Source: Andalucia godoyi And28 (lineage: Eukaryota; Protista; Jakobida). From it: a stretch of 64,000 nt of DNA. This document shows, one piece after another, positions 53,101-61,408 of the stretch. The position numbers and the translations under genes were made by a program. Under the pieces are notes generated by a model. The model was not told the DNA's origin. It did no database searches and was given only the letters and a program-made list of their open reading frames with translations. Where the stretch lies: positions 112,142 to 176,141 of the forward strand of contig VRVR01000045.1 in assembly GCA_009859145.1 (NCBI GenBank), given 5' to 3'. How positions within the stretch are numbered: the first letter of the stretch is position 1; each line of letters starts with the position of its first letter.

Positions 53101-54098
53101 TTGCCTAATAACGAAGGAATTGATCCCTCCAGTTGATTCGAATTCAGGTCCAAGTACTGAAGCTGCGAGAGAGTGCCCAGTGATTCGGGAATGGACCCAG
53201 TCAGCAAATTCAACGACAGATCCAACTGCTGCAGCTTCGAGAGAGTGCCCAGGGACTCCGGGATCGACCCATTCAGCTGATTGGAATGCAAAACAATTTC
53301 CACAATTCGTCCTGTTGCCGCATCGCACACATAACCGCCGAGTGGAGGAGAGCAGCATGCAGAGGAGAAGTTTGCTGGCAACGACTGCCCCCAATTGGTT
53401 GGTTGCCAACTCGGTCCACCAGTACTCGCGTACAGTTCAGCAAGCACCTCACAATCGGGTGGATGCGAAATCACAGCTCCGTGCATCCATTGATCCAAAA
53501 CATCACTGGACAAACCTTGTCGTCTCCGAGAGATCCATTTGACGGGGGCATGGTACGCAAACTTGTGATGCAGTTGTTTGGAAGAATGGCGATCTTTGAC
53601 CATTGGTCGACGCGTGGTCTCGACATGCGACGGGAGATGACGCACCACCGACTCTCGAGATTCATGTTCGGCGTTCCAAACCATTTTTGGCTGCCTCTGT
53701 AGTACCAGTTCTCGATCATGTGCACTCTGTCGTTGCGAAACGGCGTGTTCTCGAACCGACCTTTGTCGGAATTGATTCAACAGCCCAACAGCGAATGCAA
53801 GGATGCTGTCTTCGATCAATGCCAGCGTCGAAGTCTCGAACTCGGGCTCCGCCGCTGACCACCAGCTCGCATTTTGGACTGTGGCTTGCAGTAAGTTCCC
53901 GGTAGCCTGGATCGAGTGCGTCGAACTTCCAAAGACTTCATGAGAAGCCTGTAGTTTCAGCGGTGTCACGACGGCTACCGGTAGCAATCCAATTCTACCA
54001 TCAAACGAAAGGAGTGCGTGTTCGCCGATGACAAGCCAGTGTGTCGATGAAAAGAGAATCAGCATAAACCAAAACGCCGTTTGCTGTCTTGGAGTCAT
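50190..54098 (-). CDS. LRR-Cys-rich-7TM receptor-like protein, paralogue 1, about 1302 aa
   Basis: Signal peptide, LRR N-cap (LYASTGGPSW...CD), about 14 plant-type LRRs (LxxLxLxxNxLxGxIPxxLGxL) then degenerate LRRs, CxCRPGFYG and CxxGYEGRLCxxC repeats, seven hydrophobic helices with WWE and PY...NxxE. Confidence 0.9.
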   Translation of the reverse strand: MTPRQQTAFWFMLILFSSTHWLVIGEHALLSFDGRIGLLPVAVVTPLKLQASHEVFGSSTHSIQATGNLLQATVQNASWWSAAEPEFETSTLALIEDSILAFAVGLLNQFRQRSVREHAVSQRQSAHDRELVLQRQPKMVWNAEHESRESVVRHLPSHVETTRRPMVKDRHSSKQLHHKFAYHAPVKWISRRRQGLSSDVLDQWMHGAVISHPPDCEVLAELYASTGGPSWQPTNWGQSLPANFSSACCSPPLGGYVCDAATGRIVEIVLHSNQLNGSIPESLGTLSKLQQLDLSLNLLTGSIPESLGTLSQLQYLDLNSNQLEGSIPSLLGKFSLLQYLDLSSNQLTGSIPQSLGNLSQLQNLDLYSNELTGAIPSSLSNLSQLLFLTLFSNQLTGSIPASLGNLSQLRLLSLYSNQLTGSIPPSLGNLSQLLLLDLSCNQLTGLIPPSLGNLPQLQELGLYANQLTGSIPSSLGGLSQLRYLDLSSNRLSGTIPSSLGSLSLLEILLLNNNRLSGEVNCGSFGQGLVTLDFHGNALVGPIPSCFCIQDGLNFAFFGYNNFTSFPNCSLASLILLDLSNNRISSFPFANISEFSSLISLDLSYNMFSGKFPSDLFASGSPLRSLSLAYNLYDDVFPLYACNSVKSPGAVVDSATHLEKLDLSGNSITGIPGVVDYNLCSYCNKSAYYSLTSLIMKDSRMPAHFPGFEFDYLGETCSLPSFSFFQILQFLPGLSSLDVSSNDLSVHLDYVLSLPLLSSFDIRNNPNARRSLLSNTNQQQFQYDGATNYPYSTSMSCVQAKVGRLALQADPAFFDFENCVCRPGFYGKPPHCTRCLSNADCSFHTEADIPYGNMLIALRESGNMLAQKGYYASPSVTYLQMMNNQSYPKAIEICPLAGTDWTQCDATPAGPCKSGYEGRLCSTCSSGYFRIGDRCTECPTSAGLAFFGVFAILAVTGLIAWSFFVGSSSSALVKVLVFFWQALFFIRTPMTSGLYIFTHGASSTTMVTVAGPECFFTTWDYTASYTLAVTAPWFALCLVVLIWCVGTFRLRRASALSRKRWIDRCRRSAIFLFMFLFMSAISAVLASLSCTTDAGDGKSYLVFYPDERCSAMLQAVSAILFAVYVVVIPGVLACFVWRSGVLSGTAKPDTRRMYVYSLLFGSYKSNRRWWELVVMLRRILFVAAYVTVPSLSEYRTMLVACLLVVAESLQAIASPYHRSVENSVEIISLGILLVNLACSVQSQVLAVQDVDGAGTIVFLLNSGFSAVLIWMLLEQFARKWRSRPKPSAQESLTENLIESNQQL
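53158..53470. repeat. Left arm of a 313-bp near-identical inverted repeat (partner 56804-57116)
   Basis: Manual comparison found one mismatch (CAG vs CAC codon) over the N-cap and first LRRs of the two receptors. Confidence 0.85.
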
Positions 54099-55288
54099 GG
54101 TTGAGCAAGCACACAATGCACACACACACACAGAAAATCTGGTGAAGGAAAGAACGTTCCTCTCCGTGTGTATGAATGAGCTCCAAGAGAAAAAACATTT
54201 GAAGATCCCGCTGCTTATGGCTGCGCGGAGATGTACGGGCAAAAAAGCATCAAGTGAGGGAAGTTTGAATGTTCCTATCGTATCACCCACCGCCGTTCTT
54301 GTCGGGTTTTATGCCCAAACTTGTTAGCATCAAGGCGATGAGAATATAAGAGTGAATGATATGGCAGGACGTAAGACGGAGACAGTTCCGAAGAACTCGA
54401 TCCACCATTTGAAACCCAGAAGTACCAGTCGCCATCAGAACTCTGATAATTCTGCAAATTTCGTCTCCGTCGTCACGTCCTGCTCCCGCTTCATCCGCAG
54501 ACGGACGGTATAACCGCGGCGGTCGTTCTTCACTGAAAACCATTACGTCCGTCTCGGGTTCTTTTAGCTCGTGACCACATCGACAATGCATCTTGGATCG
54601 TCCAGCTGATGAAAATTGGCATCACTGTCAAGAGGTTGAGATTGCAGCTGAGCCATCGTCAGGAGCCGATCGACAGTTGGATCGATTATCGGAGGGCGCA
54701 TCAGCAGCATTAATTGGAACAATTTGCTGTTTTTTGTTGGTAGAGTCGTTCAACCAAAATGAACAGCCGACCGAATCCTGAGCGGCGGGTGTCACGTCCA
54801 TGATGACGGCCCATGGGGCTTCTGGGAGCAGAGGACGGTCTCTCTGACAACCGGACACCAGAGGAAGCTGCTTGAACTGTATTCGCGGAAGCGTCTACCG
54901 ATTCATCATCTGAAACTTCACCGAGTTGAACCGCGGACGCTAAAAGTCTTGCTTGCACGCTTGGAAGCTGGAAGTGAAACGGGCTGGTTATCATCGGGGA
55001 TGTCACTGACGACGCACGCCAAAAGACAACGATGCGGAAACACAACGCTGGAAAAAACTGGCTCACACTCCATAACATGGAAATGTGATCTTGACGAATC
55101 AGAAGGGTGCGAATTTCTTCATCATGATTCATGACAACGAGTAGAGATGCACCGCGATGTATGCGTGAGCAGATTGTCGTCACACCTGAACCCCGAGTTT
55201 TGCCAAACGAATAACCGTGATTCCGTCCGGATCCACACAATTCAGAGCATGTCTCCGTGAATCGCTGTTTCGCTATCCATCTTTAAAC

Positions 55289-55715
55289 TGTCATTGTCAT
55301 GCCTACGGAAGTCTACATAAACAGACACGGTTAACACTGGCCGACACCAGCACGTTTGTTTCACAGGAATTCGTGCTTACGCGTAGCCATCTATCATTCG
55401 TTCAGCGCACTGCCAAGAGGCGAACTTCCAAGACACGATCTCGTATCTGCAGTTGCATCAATCGCTGCAACTGAGGACACGAAAGCGCCTGCTTCTAGGG
55501 CCGTCAGAATCAAAATGGACCCTTCTCAGGAACGGCGTATCACGCTGAGAAAGTGGCTCATAGATTGACCGAGATTGGGAACGGAGCGCGGAACATCTAT
55601 CTGAAGAACGCCGTGAGGCGTGTTGGGGCCTATCCCCTTCCCGGCAACGGGATGCAAGACTGAATATACATGTCTATTCGTAGATATGCTTGTTCAGCGT
55701 ACAATATAGGCGTCA
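55289..55715 (+). mobile_element. Non-autonomous Fanzor-derived element, copy B (about 427 bp, internally deleted)
   Basis: Shares its left block and 3' block with copy A. Keeps a TnpB-like N-terminus (RAVRIKMDPSQERRITLRKW) joined to the RuvC-III motif IDRDW/NGARNIYLKN (55564-55609, 1-nt insertion). Confidence 0.9.
55605..55715 (+). ncRNA. Candidate Fanzor omega-RNA scaffold, copy B
   Basis: CGCC-GTGA-GGCG (55609-20), GGGG-CCTAT-CCCC (55625-37), TCCCG-GCAA-CGGGA (55639-52), long TTCG-capped hairpin (55660-97); terminal ATAGGC (55706-11) is complementary to GCCTAT (55628-33). Confidence 0.7.
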
Positions 55716-56175
55716 TTGCCCAAGTTTTCTCTTCTTTTAAAACTTAAAACTTCTCTTTTTCTAGTCTTATGAATGTTTCTTCGGCCGTCTGCTGTGAGCA
55801 GGACATACGACATCTGTACCTCAACCTTACGACACCGGGCTGCCGCGGGTCCCGTCCGATTCTTCCGCACCGGGATCTCACTACCTCTTTTTGGAAGCAA
55901 GACTGACTGCGTGTGGATAGCAGTGTTCATGCAGGTGTGACAACCGAACGTTCGACAAATGTCGATAGGATTTTTTTTTCCCGCTTTTGGAGGTGCAAAT
56001 TGCTTTGTGGATTCGTGTGCTTCCGCAGGTTTGTCACGAGCTTCACGGCAGCACACTGAAAGATACCGGAATCCGGACCCAGTTGTATGAAGAAAGAAAG
56101 AAAGAAAGAAAGAAAGGACGAACTTAGCTTAATTCCCTGCCGCGTGCATCATCATTTCTACCTGTGTTCACAAGT

Positions 56176-59100
56176 ATGGCTTTGCGTCTGCAATTCGTTC
56201 GTTTTGTCTCGCTTGCTTTGGTCTTGTGGATCTCGCGGGTACTGGTCACGGGCAGACCCGCAGATGCTGTGTACAGCGGGAGAATCGGGCTGCTCCCGGA
56301 GTCTGTCGTGACTCCGCTTAAACAGCAAATTTCACAAGACGTTCTTGGAATGCCGCAGCACTGCAGTCCATCCACCAGGATCATGATGCGTGCGACAGTC
56401 GTGAATGCCACTTGGTGGGTGTCCTTGGAACGGCAGTTCGAGGCGTCGATGCTTGCATTGATTGAAGAGAGCGTCCTCGGGTTTGCTGCAGGACTGGTGG
56501 ATCAATTTCAACGTACGGCACTGAGACAGCCGACTGCCGGTGCAAATCAGCTGGCGCAACAGCAACGGCATTCTGAACTCCATTACCCAAGCCCAGGTTC
56601 GTTACCAAGCGCTGCGAAACGCAGCCCTCAATCTCATATGATGTTTGAGAACGAACTGACCGGCACAGCACGCGATTCAAAGAGTCGAAGACGACATGGA
56701 ACCATGCATCATGTTCGGCTTGCGCGACAACGTCTTGCTCACAGCAGGCCGCTGGAAGTTACGGACACTGTTCTCGTTCCATCAGATCATGATGCTGGCG
56801 TGGTTTCGCATCCACCCGATTGTGAGGTGCTTGCTGAACTGTACGCGAGTACTGGTGGACCGAGTTGGCAACCAACCAATTGGGGGCAGTCGTTGCCAGC
56901 AAACTTCTCCTCTGCATGCTGCTCTCCTCCACTCGGCGGTTATGTGTGCGATGCGGCAACAGGACGAATTGTGGAAATTGTTTTGCATTCCAATCACCTG
57001 AATGGGTCGATCCCGGAGTCCCTGGGCACTCTCTCGAAGCTGCAGCAGTTGGATCTGTCGTTGAATTTGCTGACTGGGTCCATTCCCGAATCACTGGGCA
57101 CTCTCTCGCAGCTTCATTACTTGGACTTATCTTTCAATCAGTTGCCAGAATCGATTCCGCAGTCGCTGGGCAACATGTTGCAGCTTCAGTACTTGGATCT
57201 GTCTTCTAATCAACTGACCGGGTCGATTCCGCAGTCGTTGGGCGATCTGCCAGAACTGCAGCTGCTGGATCTCTCTTTGAACCAGCTGAATGGGTCCATT
57301 CCGGTGTCGCTGAGCAATCTGTCGGAACTGCAACTGTTGGATCTATCTTTCAACCAGCTGAAGGGATCCATTCCGGCGTCGCTGGGCAATCTCTCGCAAC
57401 TCCAGTCCTTCATCGTGTCGTCAAACCAACTCGCGGGATCCATTCCTGCCTTTTTCGAAGGCACATCTCAGTTGGAAATCTTGGATGTTCACGAAAACAA
57501 GTTTTCACAGTTTCCTGCGTCTCTGTGCAATATGACTTCATTGCAAGTCGTTGTGCTGTCGAAGAATGAATTGACGGAGTTTGCAAACTGTAGCTCTGCA
57601 CCGTTTGTGACGTTGATGCTGTCTGATAATCAACTGTCGGCGTTTCCTTTCGGGACTGTATTTTCCTGGCCATCGTTGCAGTCGCTCGACGTGTCTCGGA
57701 ATATGCTTGGCGGCTCCTTTCCGCTTGTTCCCAACAAACTGTCCTTGAAAGTCCTGTCTCTTGCTCACAACAATTTCACCGATGCTTTTCCACTGTCCCC
57801 GTGCGGTCATAACTATGCTGATGGAAAATCTGATTTCCCGGCTGCTTCTCCGAGTTCCGGTCTTTTCTTTTTGGATGTTTCCGGTAATCATGTTTCCGGG
57901 TTTGGTTTTGGAAACCCTTCTCAAAATTGTCAGCTACTTTGCAGCTTACGCTACTGGTCGTTGACAACTCTCAAATTGTCTGGCACGCATTTGCTGGGAA
58001 CTTCCACTGATCCTATTTGCAATGCATTCGGCTCAACCTGGAACCACGGGTTTCTTCCGATATCAGATTTCCTTCAGCTGTTTCCATCTTTGCAGACGCT
58101 GGACCTGAGCGGAAACGATGTGAACGGATCGTTGGATAGCATCTTTGAACTTCCGCAACTTGTTTCACTGGATCTGACCGGAAACCCGTCTTTGCGATTG
58201 GATGTCGCGCTCTCTCCGCAAAACCGAAAGAAGGTGCAGCTCAACCCATTAACGCTTTATGCGTACAGCGACGCCATGACATGTTATCAAGCTACGTACG
58301 AGTTGTTGACGGTGCAAGTCGATCCAGCCTTCTTCGCGTACTCCAACTGCCAGTGTCGGCCTGGATATTATGGCAAACCACCATCCTGTCAGAAATGCAA
58401 GGGTTCTTTATTGGATGCTACGTGCTCCTTCCAGTCGGATGACCTTCCGAAGGCATTTAAATTCGACCCCGCCGCAGCATGGAACGCAAGTGGCAATATC
58501 ATTGCCAACGAGGGTTTCTATGCGAGTCCGTCCTTCACGTACGACGAAATGGTGGCCGACATTGGCTATCCGTCTTTCATTCAGCCATGTCGAGGTGCTG
58601 CGACCGATGAAACCCCTTGTAAGCCGTCCACAAGCGGGCCTTGCTCACGCGGCTACGAAGGCCGTTTGTGTTCAAAGTGTGCATCTGATTTCTTCCATTC
58701 AGGGGACAGCTGTCTTTCTTGTCCCTCAGGGGTTTCCCTCGTGCTTTTTGGCATGATCATCGTTCTTGTTCTCATTGGACTGATTCTCTGGTCCTTTTTT
58801 GTCGGGACATCGGCTTCCGGTTCTGCAAAGATCATTGTGTTCTTTTCGCAGTCTCTCTTTTTCATCCGTCCTCCAATGACAAGCGGATTGTACTCGACGA
58901 CTCACAGCGGCTCGTCCTTCGCCATGCTGTCTCTCGCTGGGCCGAAGTGTTTTTATCCGGAGTGGTCGTTCGACACAAATTATGCTGTTGCTGTCTCAAG
59001 CACAGTCATGTTCCCGGTGATATCGGGTCTCATCTGGAGCATAGGTGCGTTGATGATGCGTGTCTCTCGCCGATCATCCCCAGCGCGATCTAGAGCATGG

Positions 59101-59907
59101 TTGGACCGCTGTTTGCGAAGCGCATTGTTTCTGTCTGTCTTTCTCTATATGCAAGCAGTCAATGCCATTCTCGCGCCACTCGCATGCACTCGCGACGAAG
59201 GCGACGGCAAGGAATATCTGATTGCAGTTCCGTACCACCGATGTTCTCCAAAGTTGCGAGACGTATCCATTGTGTTTCTGACGGTGTACGTCATTGGAGG
59301 ACCTATCCTGTTAGCACTGATCGTTTCTCGAAGCGGTGCGACGAAGCAGAACGATGCAACAACGACTCGACGACACTATGTGTATTCGCTGCTGTTTGAT
59401 TCGTATCGCCCGGGCTGTCTCTGGTGGGAGTTCATCGTCACGGTTCGCCGTGTTCTGTTTGTTGCCGCATTTGCGACTGTGCAAGCCCGATCTTCGCTAC
59501 AAGCGCTACTTGTTCTGGCTGTGCTTGGGGGATCGGTGCTTCTCGGCAGTTTGTTTTCTCCCTTCGCAAGTCGTGCTGAAAATAGCTTGGAAACTCTCGC
59601 TCTCCTTGTGTTGTTGCTCAACTTCGGCATTGAGCTAAAGTCACTCGCTGTGGGATCCGTGGATGTTGAAACCGCGGGGGCGGTCATATTCGCGTTGAAC
59701 ACAGTGACGTTTGTGAGCCTGGTAGCTGCCATTTTCCATGATCAGTGGCGATCCGTCATGGACAGTGCCGCTAGTGCGATCGCAACTGGATTTAAGGGGA
59801 TTGTGGGGGAAAAGAAGTCTCGAAGACGTCGAACTGGGTCGATGTCGCGCTCTTCTACGCAGCTGGATTCTGCGCTTCTACAGACGTCGCAGAACGACGG
59901 ATTGTGA
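56176..59907 (+). CDS. LRR-Cys-rich-7TM receptor-like protein, paralogue 2, about 1243 aa
   Basis: Same architecture as 50190-54098, divergently oriented, with fewer canonical LRRs. Confidence 0.9.
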   Translation: MALRLQFVRFVSLALVLWISRVLVTGRPADAVYSGRIGLLPESVVTPLKQQISQDVLGMPQHCSPSTRIMMRATVVNATWWVSLERQFEASMLALIEESVLGFAAGLVDQFQRTALRQPTAGANQLAQQQRHSELHYPSPGSLPSAAKRSPQSHMMFENELTGTARDSKSRRRHGTMHHVRLARQRLAHSRPLEVTDTVLVPSDHDAGVVSHPPDCEVLAELYASTGGPSWQPTNWGQSLPANFSSACCSPPLGGYVCDAATGRIVEIVLHSNHLNGSIPESLGTLSKLQQLDLSLNLLTGSIPESLGTLSQLHYLDLSFNQLPESIPQSLGNMLQLQYLDLSSNQLTGSIPQSLGDLPELQLLDLSLNQLNGSIPVSLSNLSELQLLDLSFNQLKGSIPASLGNLSQLQSFIVSSNQLAGSIPAFFEGTSQLEILDVHENKFSQFPASLCNMTSLQVVVLSKNELTEFANCSSAPFVTLMLSDNQLSAFPFGTVFSWPSLQSLDVSRNMLGGSFPLVPNKLSLKVLSLAHNNFTDAFPLSPCGHNYADGKSDFPAASPSSGLFFLDVSGNHVSGFGFGNPSQNCQLLCSLRYWSLTTLKLSGTHLLGTSTDPICNAFGSTWNHGFLPISDFLQLFPSLQTLDLSGNDVNGSLDSIFELPQLVSLDLTGNPSLRLDVALSPQNRKKVQLNPLTLYAYSDAMTCYQATYELLTVQVDPAFFAYSNCQCRPGYYGKPPSCQKCKGSLLDATCSFQSDDLPKAFKFDPAAAWNASGNIIANEGFYASPSFTYDEMVADIGYPSFIQPCRGAATDETPCKPSTSGPCSRGYEGRLCSKCASDFFHSGDSCLSCPSGVSLVLFGMIIVLVLIGLILWSFFVGTSASGSAKIIVFFSQSLFFIRPPMTSGLYSTTHSGSSFAMLSLAGPKCFYPEWSFDTNYAVAVSSTVMFPVISGLIWSIGALMMRVSRRSSPARSRAWLDRCLRSALFLSVFLYMQAVNAILAPLACTRDEGDGKEYLIAVPYHRCSPKLRDVSIVFLTVYVIGGPILLALIVSRSGATKQNDATTTRRHYVYSLLFDSYRPGCLWWEFIVTVRRVLFVAAFATVQARSSLQALLVLAVLGGSVLLGSLFSPFASRAENSLETLALLVLLLNFGIELKSLAVGSVDVETAGAVIFALNTVTFVSLVAAIFHDQWRSVMDSAASAIATGFKGIVGEKKSRRRRTGSMSRSSTQLDSALLQTSQNDGL
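56804..57116. repeat. Right arm of the 313-bp inverted repeat (partner 53158-53470)
   Basis: Same comparison as the left arm. Confidence 0.85.
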
Positions 59908-60449
59908 AAACTATGATGATCGAGCGCTGTCTGATGTATAAATTTGTCCATTACTGATCCTCCTATTATGGGCTTATTTGATACAGTAGCTAGATTTGTC
60001 AGTCTTTCGGTGTTTGGATTTTCTGCGCAAGAACTTTTTCATTCCGAGCAGATTGAAGAATCACGCGGAATGTTGTGCACGCTCCCAACAGGGGGAGTGT
60101 CAACGGGTATTGTCGTTTCCACCTTGCCTATTCTTTCTGTGCAGAAGATCTCTCTCCCTCCCTCCCTCCCTCTCTTTGTTTTGTTTTGAAGATTCAACTT
60201 TTATATATATTTTGGATCACATCCCGATTCTTTTTGCAAACAGATTGATACCAGAACAAAACACACCGTTTGCCGCTTATTGCGATATGATGATGAAATC
60301 CCTATGAATACGCAGCTGCGTTGCATTCTCGCACAGCGATGCTCATTTCTTATTCTTACTGTCCACGCAACGCACCATGTACGTCACGCCCGCAACGCCG
60401 CGCAAGACCATGACATCTCCACCGATACCATCCGCGCTGGGCCGCCGCC

Positions 60450-60849
60450 AGGAACGATCGCCAAGGCAACAACTGCGCGGCAGATGTTGACACAGGGCCA
60501 TTATCAATTCCAACAGCGGATGCTCTGCAAATCGCGCGAATTCGCAGGGCGGCAGGTGTCGATTGTGACTTGTGACGGAGGAGTACACGTCTAAAACGTG
60601 CGGCCGTTGCGGGGAAATGCATCGCAAGTTGTGTGGAAACAAGGTGGTGTTTTGTTGCCCATCGTGCACATGCACGCTCGACCGCGATTGGAACGGTGCA
60701 CCCGACATCTATCTTGAGAACGTCTCTCATGCCGAGGGGCGTGTTGTGGCCTACCCCGTTCCCAATCATGCTGTGCATGTTGTTGGGTTGCAACATTGAT
60801 AATGGGTGATCAGCGATGATTATCCGTGGTTAGTGTACAATGAAGGCGT
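60450..60849 (+). pseudogene. Fanzor/TnpB nuclease C-terminal remnant plus right end, copy C
   Basis: IAKATTARQMLTQGHYQFQQRMLCKSREFAGRQVSIV/TEEYTSKTCGRCG...FCCPSCTCTLDRDWNGAPDIYL contains RuvC-II Glu, the CxxC/CxxC zinc ribbon and RuvC-III Asp. The frameshift is caused by a 7-nt duplication TTGTGAC (60563-60576). The 3' end AGTGTACAATGAAGGCGT matches copies A and B. Confidence 0.92.
60719..60849 (+). ncRNA. Candidate Fanzor omega-RNA scaffold, copy C (diverged)
   Basis: ACGTCTCTC-ATGCC-GAGGGGCGT hairpin (60720-42), GTGTTGTGGCCTACCCC, different internal hairpins, shared terminal motif. Confidence 0.55.
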
Positions 60850-61408
60850 TTGCTAATGCATACTGCTTCACCATCACAAGAATGGATCTTGCTCCACTTT
60901 TTGCCGGTAGATTCAAAACACCCTGCCTTTTCTGCTCAGGCCTCGGACCCGAGTTTCCACTTTCTCCTTGCATGCGAACTTGACTGCTGTTCCGTAAAAT
61001 CTTGACGTTTGCTCCGCAGCAAAGCAAAACTTGTAACGCTTGCAAGCGCGAATGCTGTCCGGACGCAAACAACCCCCCTCTTCTCTTCCATCGTGGATAG
61101 GCTCTTGTTTGTTGTACCAAGTGGCTGCGTATTCCTTGCACACGCTGTCCGGACCGTTTCTGTGGCTCCGTGGATGGTATAAGCTCAAAGAGTTGAACAA
61201 ATAAACTGATTCCTGCGCCGGGGTTGGTGTTCACGAATGCAGCATGTACAGCGTTGAAATCACACGGTGAACAGCTTCTTCTTCTCCCTTTCTTCTTCTT
61301 CTTCTTCTTCTTCATTTCCCCCCTTCTCTCATTTCCCCGTTCCTACAGAAAACAACAACAACAAAACATTCCGAAGCCATCGGCAACAGTTTCTCCGAAA
61401 AAAGTGCA

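Noticed and set aside
54290-55260. Coding-like fragments between receptor paralogue 1 and copy B
   Set aside because: Multiple stops in all frames and no recognisable motif.
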